Shown piece after piece: positions 46,783-56,837 of a DNA stretch of 64,000 nt (within the stretch, counting starts at the first letter, position 1; every line of letters begins with the position of its first letter). Below the pieces are notes generated by a model. It was not told the origin of the DNA. It saw only the letters and a list, made by a program, of their open reading frames with translations, and ran no database searches. The stretch is from positions 32,001 through 96,000 of the IMG/VR virus record IMGVR_UViG_3300048599_000194; one strand, given 5' to 3'. This stretch comes from a virus (lineage: Duplodnaviria > Heunggongvirae > Uroviricota > Caudoviricetes). Position numbers and translations under genes: made by a program.

Positions 46783-48451
46783 GAAACACAATAATTCACA
46801 TGCTAAAGTAATCTGGCAACCAACTCCAGAAGATCCATATAAGCAAAGCCCTTATGTTACTTTAGATAATCTATATGCTATTAGACCTGAAGGATTTATG
46901 TTTGATCCTAGATTTAAGGCTAATAGGAAAAAGAGATTTTCGAAATATGATGGGAAAGTTAGACTATACAAAATCTTACCAAGTCTCATTCCTTTAGGGT
47001 TGGTTAGAGAAGCTGTTAGAACATTGAGACAGTTTGGGTGGAATGTTGAAGTAGATAATTCGATTATCTCATCATTTACAGACCCTACTGATTATTCAGA
47101 ATTAATAACTTCATTTTGTAATGCTATTGCTAAATCATGTGGATTAACTCCTAGAGATTATCAGCAGAAAATACTAGAACTATCACTTAAATTAAAGAGA
47201 GCCGCTTTTAGAGCCGCTACTGGAGCAGGTAAGAGTCTTGCGATGTATATGATTGTTAGATTCTTCAGAAAAGTCATTGATCCAGATATGAATTTCCTCA
47301 TATTGGTTCCAAATATCAATTTAGTTAATCAGCTATATAGAAATTTCAGAGATGATTATGGGTGGGCTGATATTGATCAATACGTTGGAATGTATCACTC
47401 TGATTTCACAGCAAATGAAAAGAAAATTGCCATTAGGAAACCAATTCTCATTAGTACTTGGCAGTCTATGGGGTCTTTATTAGAAAATCCAAAATTCGAG
47501 GATTATTTTAAGAGGTTTTCTTGTCTATTAGTAGATGAATTACATACTGCAAAGAATGATCAAGCCGTCATTAATAAAGTTGTATCTGCATGTTCGAATG
47601 CGGAATATAGATTCGGATTAACTGGTACCATACCAAGACATATACTAAACCAAAAAGTTCTAATTGGTAATTTTGCTGATATTCATCAAATCATCTCATC
47701 TAAGGAATTGATAGAGCGAGGTGAACTATCAAAGGCTTCAATTATTGAAGTTCAAATACCATATGATAATTACACTATTGAATTATGTAGGAAAAAGAAA
47801 ATACCATTAAACGCAGAATACGAGCTATCTCGACTAACTCGATCTCATGAGTATGCCGTTCATTCGCTAATAAGAGATGGAATAATCACCAAAGATCAGA
47901 ACACTCTGATTCTTATGAAGTATGTAGAAAATAAAGAAGTTGAAAATATGGTGGAGATGCTAAAAAAGCATCACCCAGAATTTAAGATTAGATTTGCTCA
48001 TGGTAAGGTTGCCGTAAAGACAAGAGATGCGATTTTAGCTGAACTAGAATCTGAATCTGGGATGATTGTGGTTGCTACATACGCTACATTCGGGACTGGA
48101 TTTAATATGAAAAATTTACATAATGTAATATTCTCATCGGACTGTAAATCGTACACTAAAATACTACAATCAATCGGCAGAAGTCTAAGATTGCATAAGT
48201 CTAAATTAATGGCGAGAATATTTGACCTGCATCACATGATAGAGGAAAAATATTTTTCGAACAGAGCTAAGAAAGACATGGAATTTAGATCTAATCTATC
48301 TAACCATTTTTATCAACGAGAGGAGTTTTACTATGAAGAAGAATATCCACAAGAAATACACATAATAGATAGAGAATTTAGCTTCAATGGATTAACTTTA
48401 GATGGTGTTGACATTTCTTACATGAATTCAGAAACCTCAGAGGAAGATTAA
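46769..48451 (+). CDS. uvsW: SF2 helicase UvsW
   Basis: PRDYQ, ATGAGKS, STWQS, VDELH, GLTGT, TFGTGFN, LQSIGRSLR. Confidence 0.93.
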   Translation: MVIFKKHNNSHAKVIWQPTPEDPYKQSPYVTLDNLYAIRPEGFMFDPRFKANRKKRFSKYDGKVRLYKILPSLIPLGLVREAVRTLRQFGWNVEVDNSIISSFTDPTDYSELITSFCNAIAKSCGLTPRDYQQKILELSLKLKRAAFRAATGAGKSLAMYMIVRFFRKVIDPDMNFLILVPNINLVNQLYRNFRDDYGWADIDQYVGMYHSDFTANEKKIAIRKPILISTWQSMGSLLENPKFEDYFKRFSCLLVDELHTAKNDQAVINKVVSACSNAEYRFGLTGTIPRHILNQKVLIGNFADIHQIISSKELIERGELSKASIIEVQIPYDNYTIELCRKKKIPLNAEYELSRLTRSHEYAVHSLIRDGIITKDQNTLILMKYVENKEVENMVEMLKKHHPEFKIRFAHGKVAVKTRDAILAELESESGMIVVATYATFGTGFNMKNLHNVIFSSDCKSYTKILQSIGRSLRLHKSKLMARIFDLHHMIEEKYFSNRAKKDMEFRSNLSNHFYQREEFYYEEEYPQEIHIIDREFSFNGLTLDGVDISYMNSETSEED

Positions 48452-48459
48452 ATATAGAT

Positions 48460-49728
48460 ATGTTACAGGTAAAGCCTTCAGATTCTGATATTGCTTCAAT
48501 AAAAACTGAGTACTCTGGCATGTATGTTGAGTATCCATTGTTACAACCCCTTCCAATTCCAGTTAATGTGTATGTAACTCAACAGCAATTCATTTTCTGG
48601 AATGATGTCAGCCCATACCTCCCATACGGGTCAAAACTCATAAAGGCATATGTGAGGCCGGATGACTATGCGCTTGAAGGACTTAACAAATTAAAGGAAC
48701 TGAATCCTTCATTTGATTTTGATGGAATTGTAGTTAAGAGGGCTGGAATTTCTGGAATTCCTTCAGATGATACTACTTCTGGTTCAGACTTCTTCAAGTC
48801 TTCGACTGCATCACAAACATCGAGCGATACTACTTCAGACGTAAATAAAACTTATCCTAATCTAAATGGTAAGTTCGATTCATACTATCTTCACCAGTTT
48901 GATTATGATAGTGTCAAATCTGCGCTTAGTATTGTTGGCTATATTTGGGAGTTACCATTTTCTGATAGTTACCAAAAAGGATTAACTATGGCGATTGACT
49001 TAACTGATGTTTCAATCGACCATTCCTTAATTGTTTCAGTAATAAACAACATTATACAAAACAATGACTACCTGAATGCTTCAAACTGTGTATTATCAGG
49101 AACAAGCGCAATTGTCACGTTCGTAAGTAGTGAAATTTCTGTTACTGCATATGAATTTGGAATTATTAATGTTGGACCTAATAGCAATGTATCTGATTGT
49201 TTTTCAGAAAAGACACTGAATAGAATATATGCTAATCTTAAAACTAATGGATATGGCGATCTAGATGAATCTGTAAAACCTGAACTATTAAAGGGTTTAC
49301 CCCATAACACTAGGAAAAAAGGCACTGCACTAGCAAAGGCTATTAGAGATTCAATGATAGAGGTTTTAGGCGGCTCAGAGGGGGTTATTAGCGTCCTTCA
49401 GGCTTCAACTAACGAATACCTAATGGCATTAATAAATGGCCTCCTAGCGGCTAATAATGTACTCTATGATGAATTAGATCGAGTAGGTGGTGGTAATGTC
49501 AAAAAGAAAGCACAGGACGCATTCGAAAGTGGGATGAATAAGAGTATAGTATCTAAAAATGTTTCATCCCTATTGAATAACGGATTAGAAATTAATAAGA
49601 CTACAGGAAAGTCATTAATTGCTGTTGAGAGTAGTGAAGTTGTTTCTGCTAATGCAAACAGTATTCAAATTGAAATGGATTTATCTAGGTCAATTGAAGT
49701 TGTAGCAGGATCTCAAGCTAAGTCATAA
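48460..49728 (+). CDS. Hypothetical late (probably virion) protein
   Basis: 422 aa; TAAATA 5 nt before ATG. Confidence 0.6.
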   Translation: MLQVKPSDSDIASIKTEYSGMYVEYPLLQPLPIPVNVYVTQQQFIFWNDVSPYLPYGSKLIKAYVRPDDYALEGLNKLKELNPSFDFDGIVVKRAGISGIPSDDTTSGSDFFKSSTASQTSSDTTSDVNKTYPNLNGKFDSYYLHQFDYDSVKSALSIVGYIWELPFSDSYQKGLTMAIDLTDVSIDHSLIVSVINNIIQNNDYLNASNCVLSGTSAIVTFVSSEISVTAYEFGIINVGPNSNVSDCFSEKTLNRIYANLKTNGYGDLDESVKPELLKGLPHNTRKKGTALAKAIRDSMIEVLGGSEGVISVLQASTNEYLMALINGLLAANNVLYDELDRVGGGNVKKKAQDAFESGMNKSIVSKNVSSLLNNGLEINKTTGKSLIAVESSEVVSANANSIQIEMDLSRSIEVVAGSQAKS

Positions 49729-50324
49729 ATTAATTTAAGACTCATTGGTTTATTTTCAAATTCACAACCTTTGAATGCGGATAATTGAGTTACGAAGAAA
49801 TCAGTCTCAAAGTCTTCTAAATCACCAAGATATATTTCACCCGAATCAAGTAATGGTATCTCGACATAATATACTCCAATATGTCTATCTGACTGAATCG
49901 TTCTTATATTTGTGGTTGCAATATTACTCTCAGACCTTATTGGCGCTCTAAACTCAGTTGTGAATCCAAATTTAATCTCAAATCCATTAAAACATTCAAA
50001 TCGTAATTGCAATCTAGGGTTTACGATTTTGGTGTATACTTCGACATTATCATTGTCACATTCATCGCATGGCAATTGTATTGATGTACCACTTAGACAT
50101 TTTCTATATCTTCGATTTATTTTTAATTTGAATTTCACCCAGTTCTCGTATGATCTATTAATTGGACTTTGTCCATATGGTGCTCGGACGGGGTAATTCA
50201 TTGCGTCTATGCTGTCTAAGTATGTGGCCGAATCTACCGATTTGAAAGAAATACTATTTACTTCCGTAGCTCGCCCTGCCAATCCGGTATACTTAATCAG
50301 CACTATATCCAATAGCTCTGTCAC
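49713..50324 (-). CDS. Hypothetical late (probably virion) protein
   Basis: ATAAATA 5 nt before GTG; beta-rich SYENWVKFKL. Confidence 0.6.
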   Translation of the reverse strand: MTELLDIVLIKYTGLAGRATEVNSISFKSVDSATYLDSIDAMNYPVRAPYGQSPINRSYENWVKFKLKINRRYRKCLSGTSIQLPCDECDNDNVEVYTKIVNPRLQLRFECFNGFEIKFGFTTEFRAPIRSESNIATTNIRTIQSDRHIGVYYVEIPLLDSGEIYLGDLEDFETDFFVTQLSAFKGCEFENKPMSLKLIYDLA

Positions 50325-50367
50325 GTAGATATTTATCCAGACTCATTTTTCATGTTACAATCTTAAT

Positions 50368-50961
50368 ATGAGCATAGGTGATAATCAACCTGAACCATTA
50401 TCTGAAGATGAGTATGCCGAGGCATCAAATAAAATGTCTATCATGCTCGCCCAACTTGGGGTAGACACTAGTGAAGTTCAGAGTAGACTGGTTGATTCCA
50501 TAATAGAAGCATGTGATGGGTTTACGTCAGAATTAGAAGTTGAATCAAAAGCAAACGACTTATATGGTTTGATATTTCATGAACAAATAGAAGGATATAT
50601 AAATGGGGCTTCTTACTTCGTTAAGACATTTAAGGAGTATGGAGAATCACTAGGACTTAAGTTGAAAATAGTTAATGTTGATGAAATTTCAGTAAATGCA
50701 GATACTTCACATGAATATATAATTGAGTCAACAACTAAGCTACTATCTATTTTAATTGAACATATGACCTCTACAAACGAGGAATCTGCAGAGACATTTA
50801 GGACCAAAATAAATTTGACGATTTCGATGTACATGGACACTTCCTTTATTCTCGGGTTGACAGACGCCAAGAGCTTAAATTATTTTGCTAATAAGGTCGA
50901 GGGTGTCGAGATCGGAGAACTAATCAAATTGCTTGAGGAAGTGTTCCCGAGAATTTTCTGA
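50368..50961 (+). CDS. Hypothetical acidic helical protein
   Basis: 197 aa; TGTTACAAT 6 nt before ATG. Confidence 0.65.
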   Translation: MSIGDNQPEPLSEDEYAEASNKMSIMLAQLGVDTSEVQSRLVDSIIEACDGFTSELEVESKANDLYGLIFHEQIEGYINGASYFVKTFKEYGESLGLKLKIVNVDEISVNADTSHEYIIESTTKLLSILIEHMTSTNEESAETFRTKINLTISMYMDTSFILGLTDAKSLNYFANKVEGVEIGELIKLLEEVFPRIF

Positions 50962-50981
50962 CACATCCCCGCTTATCGGAG

Positions 50982-52211
50982 ATGTACATGTTCCAATCAG
51001 AGTTCAGTGAATTAAAAAATTCACTAGATAAAACCGTCACCAGAAATCCAATTTTGACAAAAGAACAAGAGCACTTTGTGTTTTCTTGTATTTCTTGTGC
51101 AAAAAATAGGATATTTGGTTTGGCGTTGCAGGATGCAGATGCATATTCAACATTCGCATCTGAGGTTGCTCAGATTGTTTCAAAAGGAGATGCACATGAA
51201 ATCTTCATGACTCAGAAATTTGAAGGAGAATCAGAATATGATTCAAACTTCAATAAAACTATGCAGTTTGTTGATCGTATCGCCAATTGTAATTGCGATG
51301 ATGTGATAAAATCCATTCGCAGTTACAACATATCATATGACATTTTTTCTACATGTCTTTCTGTTTTTTTAGAAAAGCATTCAAACAATAAAGTTATCGA
51401 TATTCTTCTAAGTGATATGAATTACTACATTGAAAAAATATACCTATCTAATGTGAAGATAGTACTGAGAATACTTTCTGCGTATAGAAATACAGATGGA
51501 ATGACCGTTAAAGATTTATTCTCTGAAGGAATGATAGGGTTACGGCGTGCAATTGAACTATATAATTGCGACCTAGGTATTAAATTTAGTACATATGCAT
51601 CACAATGGATAAAGGCTTCAATTAATAGGGCAATTGCAGATAAGGAATCACTGATTAGAATTCCTGTAAATGTCCGTGAGCAGAGTAGAGAGGTAGAGCG
51701 AATTCGTAAAGAATTAAAATCACAATTAGGATACGAGCCTAGTGATGAAGAAATTATTGAGAAGATGAAGAAAAAGGTATCATCTCTAGCAAATATCGAC
51801 ATATCGTTTAATTACTATCAGATTGATTTAACTCCTAAAGAACAGTCTGAGCTTGGTAATTCTACAGTCACCGCCTCTTTCGAGGAAAACTTAGTCGATG
51901 TCAATATTATGGAAGAAACTGATTCAGTTACCATTAAAGATGTGCGACATGTCATTAGAGACTATATAGAGTCCGTCAATAGTGCAAAGGAAAAGTTCTA
52001 TCTCCAGTTCCACTTCGGATTAAATGAATCTAACGATATCAAGAGCAAAGAAGAAATTATGACTGAACTCAATATACTACCTAATGAATATGATAGAATT
52101 AGAAAAAGGGCAATATCTAACATTAAAAAGGCTTTATGTAGGAACAAGGTTGCATTAGATGCGTATGGACTTGCATCTGGATGGGATTCACATTCTAATT
52201 TGGAGTTTTAA
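50982..52211 (+). CDS. Phage-encoded RpoD-like sigma-70 factor
   Basis: LTKEQE (region 1.2), SNVKIV, DLFSEGMIGLRRAIELY...KFSTYASQWI...LIRIPVN, LGYEPSDEEI, FHFGL. Confidence 0.9.
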   Translation: MYMFQSEFSELKNSLDKTVTRNPILTKEQEHFVFSCISCAKNRIFGLALQDADAYSTFASEVAQIVSKGDAHEIFMTQKFEGESEYDSNFNKTMQFVDRIANCNCDDVIKSIRSYNISYDIFSTCLSVFLEKHSNNKVIDILLSDMNYYIEKIYLSNVKIVLRILSAYRNTDGMTVKDLFSEGMIGLRRAIELYNCDLGIKFSTYASQWIKASINRAIADKESLIRIPVNVREQSREVERIRKELKSQLGYEPSDEEIIEKMKKKVSSLANIDISFNYYQIDLTPKEQSELGNSTVTASFEENLVDVNIMEETDSVTIKDVRHVIRDYIESVNSAKEKFYLQFHFGLNESNDIKSKEEIMTELNILPNEYDRIRKRAISNIKKALCRNKVALDAYGLASGWDSHSNLEF

Positions 52212-52213
52212 GC

Positions 52214-52573
52214 ATGATTGAACTTTCTGGATATACTGGAAAAAGTGCAAATAGTGTAAGGGATAGGCTTCTAGCTTCTAAAGAAATGAAGACTAATAAA
52301 CCCACAACTCAAAAGAAATATACAGTAAGATATTCAATACAAACATTAGTCATGGGTAAGGGGTTTTCAATCATCGCAGATGGATTGACCGATCCAGTAT
52401 GCGTCGAAACTGAAGTCAGTTCAATAGAAGATTTTGAGACATATGTAGTATCAAGCATGTCTAAGAAACATAAAAACCCTCAACAAATGAAGAACGATAA
52501 GAAGCATACTATATTTTCATATGCTTCCGACGATCTCATGTATGTTGATATTGTTGATTTCAAAGGTAATTAA
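52214..52573 (+). CDS. Hypothetical protein
   Basis: 119 aa following the sigma gene, SD GGAG. Confidence 0.6.
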   Translation: MIELSGYTGKSANSVRDRLLASKEMKTNKPTTQKKYTVRYSIQTLVMGKGFSIIADGLTDPVCVETEVSSIEDFETYVVSSMSKKHKNPQQMKNDKKHTIFSYASDDLMYVDIVDFKGN

Positions 52574-53325
52574 TATGCGGCTCCGAGTGGTGGGGCCGAT
52601 TCACTTTTTAGCATATTAAACCAAGTTTCAAACATTTCCTTGCCGTCGTTTTTTATTTCCGTTGCATTAACTCTACCCCCACCAGGAAGAGTTCTATCGT
52701 ATTTACCTAGTGAGCGACCCCATATCTGCATCAATAATCCAGATGCAATTTTCACAAAAAATGGATGTCCATATACGGTACCAAGTTCAGCCCTTTTATA
52801 TGCCTGCCCAACAATAGTCCTAGGGAATCCAGTTGCGCGAGGTGGGGGGAATATATGCAATTCTTTTTCACCCTTTTCATTTACTATTAGTTTTGGGTAA
52901 AAATGTTCACCAACTGCCTTGTTCACTTCAGATAAGAATAATCTAGACGATGTATATGAAACAATATCCCATTCGTTGAAATTTGCATTTAATGAAATTA
53001 ATGTTTCCATCGAACTAGTGTCAACCATCATAAACGGAGACTGTAATATCCCTCCAGTAGATGGCCACATCTCGATCACTCCTTCAATATTATATGGCAT
53101 TTTATATACAGATTGACCTGGAACTGCGGGTATCATGACCCACGTCTGATATACTGATTCATTTGTGTTATATCTAAAATATAAATCAAGGGTTTCATTT
53201 ATTGCTTTGTCTAGGTGATTCATTGGGCTAATTGCATCTGGCAATAGCTTTAGGTTAATATCTACCATAGGAGCGCCAAGCTCCAACAAAATTAATTCTT
53301 TTACTTGATCTCTTGTGATAAACAT
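52570..53325 (-). CDS. Neck protein (T4 gp13-like)
   Basis: LELGAPMVDIN, WGRSLGKY..TLPGGGRVN, late promoter. Confidence 0.9.
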   Translation of the reverse strand: MFITRDQVKELILLELGAPMVDINLKLLPDAISPMNHLDKAINETLDLYFRYNTNESVYQTWVMIPAVPGQSVYKMPYNIEGVIEMWPSTGGILQSPFMMVDTSSMETLISLNANFNEWDIVSYTSSRLFLSEVNKAVGEHFYPKLIVNEKGEKELHIFPPPRATGFPRTIVGQAYKRAELGTVYGHPFFVKIASGLLMQIWGRSLGKYDRTLPGGGRVNATEIKNDGKEMFETWFNMLKSESAPPLGAAY

Positions 53326-53330
53326 GTAGA

Positions 53331-53353
53331 TATTTAGTTTATCTTAATAAATA
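53331..53353. promoter_or_regulatory. Back-to-back late promoters (CTAAATA on -, ATAAATA on +)
   Basis: tatttag at 53331-53337; ataaata at 53347-53353. Confidence 0.7.
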
Positions 53354-53370
53354 AACCTAGAGGTGAATTA

Positions 53371-54210
53371 ATGAAAATGTATCACGTTAAGGACTTGATC
53401 TCAAGTACGATAATGGAATCCGGGTTCCCCAAGACTAAATTAGGGTATCCTAAGCATTTAATGGAGTGTATTACTAATCGAACATTTTTAGAATCTTCTG
53501 CATTGAATAGTTCGACTCTTAACAGAGTCGCTGATAAGGTAATTGCCGAATTGAATAGGAAAGGATCCGTAGATCCATCCGCATTTAGTGCATTGGTGGT
53601 GTTTGAAGACAAGGTTAATAATATATTGAAGCAGTTAACAGCCCAATACCATAATGAGACTGATGCCGAATCAAAGAAACAAATTGCTAAGATTGTTACC
53701 GGATATAAATTCCTATCGAATCCTGCGCAGGATGGGATTCTTAAGAAAGCCTTAGCCGCATCTAAGAGCGCCCCTGGCAATAGATTAGTTAAGTTCATTA
53801 GCACTATAATTCAGTTGGTTGCTGAGAAAAAGGACGGACATCCAATTGAAGACTTTAAGGCAGAGGTCACTCACCTACGAGATGCCATTAGTAAGTTTTA
53901 TTACGACGGATTCCCTTTCCAGGCCACCATTAAACCATATAAAGAACATCTACTTGGATCTGATAGTATAATTGAGATTATGGATAAAATCGCAGATGCA
54001 TTGATTGAGGATGAGCCTCAGATCAGTACAATGAATAAGCCTGTTATTTCATATAGTGATAATACAAGAGGTGGATTTCAGAAGAATATTTCAACTGGGG
54101 GGCATTCTCCTATATTCACCGATCATCAGACTAATTACAAATACGAATCACAGCAAACCTTCATGGAAGCATTTGCTGAATCACTTGACTATTTTTCTCG
54201 TAAAAGCTAA
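53371..54210 (+). CDS. Hypothetical late protein, candidate internal head protein
   Basis: Late promoter; several hydrophobic-x-E-S/A sites (IMES, FLES, FMEA, FAES). Confidence 0.6.
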   Translation: MKMYHVKDLISSTIMESGFPKTKLGYPKHLMECITNRTFLESSALNSSTLNRVADKVIAELNRKGSVDPSAFSALVVFEDKVNNILKQLTAQYHNETDAESKKQIAKIVTGYKFLSNPAQDGILKKALAASKSAPGNRLVKFISTIIQLVAEKKDGHPIEDFKAEVTHLRDAISKFYYDGFPFQATIKPYKEHLLGSDSIIEIMDKIADALIEDEPQISTMNKPVISYSDNTRGGFQKNISTGGHSPIFTDHQTNYKYESQQTFMEAFAESLDYFSRKS

Positions 54211-54547
54211 CAATATTAAATCGATCTAAGTAGGTTAAAATACTTTTTCTAAAGCCTCTCATTGTTGGGAGGCTTTTTTTAATTATGTCACTGTACATTA
54301 TTTCTTTGCTGGAAATTTTATACCCTAGATAATAGAATACTTCTAATATTGTCTTAAGATTATCGACTCTTAAGTAATTTCTTTCGTCATGTTCTTCGCA
54401 TATTCTGTCTGAGAATCCAAGATAGAAAGCCTCGATATGAGTTTCATCTAATAGTTCAAGAGAAATTCTACCTGTTTTCATAACAATACTATCTTCAGCA
54501 TTAATTCCACTATGAATGTCAAGCATAATAACCTCCTTTTCCTTCAA
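54161..54547 (-). CDS. Hypothetical protein
   Basis: 128 aa ORF; start uncertain. Confidence 0.5.
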   Translation of the reverse strand: MKEKEVIMLDIHSGINAEDSIVMKTGRISLELLDETHIEAFYLGFSDRICEEHDERNYLRVDNLKTILEVFYYLGYKISSKEIMYSDIIKKSLPTMRGFRKSILTYLDRFNIVSFYEKNSQVIQQMLP

Positions 54548-54581
54548 CTAAGATACTACTACGAAACCAAAAAGTAAACAC

Positions 54582-54610
54582 AAAAAAAGGGTCGGCATTA
54601 CTGCCGACCC
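54582..54610 (-). terminator. Rho-independent terminator after the major capsid gene
   Basis: GGGTCGGCA-GTAA-TGCCGACCC then T7. Confidence 0.9.
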
Positions 54611-54639
54611 CTAAGACTCAAATCAACACTTAACTATGA

Positions 54640-55971
54640 TTAGTAGCTGGTGGTGATGTTGGTGAACACGTTACCGAAGTAGCTGTTTAGACCGGTGAAA
54701 CGAATCTCACGGTAGAACAAGCCAGATCCGAATAGGTTGTCGAGGATTGCGTAACGGGTCTTGAGGATGATACGAGGCGATGCATCTTCGGAACCGACGG
54801 TCTTCTGAACCATGAGAGGGATATAAGGTAGGTAAACGATACCGGCGTGTCCAGGCTTCTGACCCTTGTAACCGACAAGCGCGTAGCTGTTAGTTGCAAA
54901 GGTATCGACGTAGATGTCGATCTTGGAGCCGTGGAGAGTTCCAACCTTGACACCCATCACAGTGCCATCAACGTCTGCAGTGTTTGCAGTGAAGACGCCA
55001 GTGTTCAAGCTCTGGAGTGCAGTTGCAACGTCCTGAGAGACAATTGCGAAGTTACCAGGGCCAAGACGAGTGGTACGACGTAGGAAGTTAGCGGCGGCGA
55101 TGATTGCATTGACCACGTTGGAGAACTTCTCCTGCGACCAGCGACCGTCACCTGCAATTACGCTACCCGAAGAGGTTGCGCCTGGGGTCACGTCGATGAC
55201 GAAAGGAGTTGCTCCGCCTAGAGCGGTATTGATTGCGGCAGAACGCATGCGGATTAGAAGCTCACGATCAAGCTCCTGCTGAAGCTCGTACTGGAGTCCT
55301 TCCATCATGAGAGTCTCGACATCCTGTCCGTGGACAGCGGCCAAGTCCTGCTGTAGTTCAATGGTGTAAGCGGTCTTGATTGCACGGGATCCAGCCTTGA
55401 CAGCCTTGGACTCAACAACCAATTTACCACGAGCAATCTGAGCGCCATCAGGTGCATTTGCAGTGCCGAGGTTCTGCAAGGTAGCCTGACCAGGAACTTC
55501 AGAGTAATTGGATAGCAATTCACCCTGTGCGGTAGTGAATGCAGAAGGAGCGGCAGAAGTACCACGACCAGTGAAAGCTGGATTAATGGTATTATACCCC
55601 ATTTCATTTCCAATGAAGTTGCCATTACCATCGTACAATGCATTACCATCGTCATATGCGAAACGCATTGCATATGCCAATCCGGTAGGTCCAGTCAAAG
55701 GCTGTACCTGGGTCACGTTCATAGCCAAAAGCTCAGGGAGCATACGGCGAACGATTGGCATTGCGTACTGCTGGAAGGTGGCCATATCACTGGTCACGTT
55801 CTGCGACTCAGGAAGGAATCCCTTGTTTAGCTTGTACTGGTTCTCAAGACAGACGGACATCACAGCGGCCTGTGCAGTTCCCTCAACCTTGCGTCCAACC
55901 TGGGTGGACTCGATAACTGGTGCCCACTTCTTCATTAGCGAGCCATGCTTAGAATAGAGACTAGTTGACAT
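54640..55971 (-). CDS. Major capsid protein (T4 gp23-like)
   Basis: KKWAPVIE, LENQ, VRR, VQPLTGPTGLAYAMR, SRAIK..YTIELQQDL.AVHG, VGYKG, YLPYIPL, KTRY; CTAAATA upstream; strong codon bias. Confidence 0.97.
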   Translation of the reverse strand: MSTSLYSKHGSLMKKWAPVIESTQVGRKVEGTAQAAVMSVCLENQYKLNKGFLPESQNVTSDMATFQQYAMPIVRRMLPELLAMNVTQVQPLTGPTGLAYAMRFAYDDGNALYDGNGNFIGNEMGYNTINPAFTGRGTSAAPSAFTTAQGELLSNYSEVPGQATLQNLGTANAPDGAQIARGKLVVESKAVKAGSRAIKTAYTIELQQDLAAVHGQDVETLMMEGLQYELQQELDRELLIRMRSAAINTALGGATPFVIDVTPGATSSGSVIAGDGRWSQEKFSNVVNAIIAAANFLRRTTRLGPGNFAIVSQDVATALQSLNTGVFTANTADVDGTVMGVKVGTLHGSKIDIYVDTFATNSYALVGYKGQKPGHAGIVYLPYIPLMVQKTVGSEDASPRIILKTRYAILDNLFGSGLFYREIRFTGLNSYFGNVFTNITTSY

Positions 55972-56077
55972 TTCTATTTTTCCTCTTTGTAGTTAATAAG
56001 GAATTATCCGTTCCTTGTTTAATATTTAGCCAGTTTTTAACTGTGCATAAAAAACATGCCAAAATGTGTATAAGAAT

Positions 56078-56105
56078 AAAAAAGGCCATCATTAGATGGC
56101 CTTTT
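56078..56105. terminator. Rho-independent terminator between gp22 and gp23
   Basis: AAAAAAGGCCATC-ATTA-GATGGCCTTTT. Confidence 0.8.
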
Positions 56106-56128
56106 ACTTACTAAATGTCTTTTGTATA

Positions 56129-56833
56129 TTACAAGTGACCGAAATCACGCATAAATTCATCCGCAGGGCCTAATTCAACTTCTTCATCAGGTACTCTGAA
56201 TTCTGACGATTCGTTAACAATTCTCTTCTTGAGTCCAGGTATACTAATATTCTTAGAAGGTTTGAATTTACCTTTATTATTAGTAGTTCCCTCTAGGATT
56301 GATTCAACTTCATCTATATCAGAGTCTATTGATTCAAATTGAACAGTTTTCTGAGTTTGTTTTCTAGTGTTTACGAAATTAGTCAATTGCTTAACTAATT
56401 CATCATCAGACATTTCAGATTCGCCTTGAAATTTAGAAATTGCTTCTCTGATAATATCCTTATGTAGTCCTGCCAAATTACTTGAAATCATTTCATGTAA
56501 CTTAACTCTCATTTTTAGCTCCTTGATTTTCTTTGACTGATTATTGATCATTTCCGTCTGTTCTGTTATTATACCAACAACTTCAGATGGAATTTCGTTA
56601 GATTCGTTTTTACCAGCATTAAGAATTCCACTCTCTTTTAATGCTCTTACCATTGACTCCACAATTGGCTTATATACTTCTACTTGAGCTTTGAGTTCAG
56701 GTGATTCGAATGATTTAGCTATTATTGACTCGGCTATAAAATTATTCAGCCGAGTGTTCAATTCATCACGCAAACCTTCGAATTTTTCTCTGTATTGGGA
56801 TTCTAGGCTATTTTTATCAGGTGTTATGCTCAT
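56129..56833 (-). CDS. Prohead core/scaffold protein (T4 gp22-like)
   Basis: Between gp21 and gp23; acidic coiled coil with many xxES sites. Confidence 0.7.
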   Translation of the reverse strand: MSITPDKNSLESQYREKFEGLRDELNTRLNNFIAESIIAKSFESPELKAQVEVYKPIVESMVRALKESGILNAGKNESNEIPSEVVGIITEQTEMINNQSKKIKELKMRVKLHEMISSNLAGLHKDIIREAISKFQGESEMSDDELVKQLTNFVNTRKQTQKTVQFESIDSDIDEVESILEGTTNNKGKFKPSKNISIPGLKKRIVNESSEFRVPDEEVELGPADEFMRDFGHL

Positions 56834-56837
56834 TGTA

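Noticed and set aside
54687-55957. Several alternative-frame and antisense ORFs over gp23 (also over nadV and gp32)
   Set aside because: Explained by strong codon bias of highly expressed genes; no independent signals
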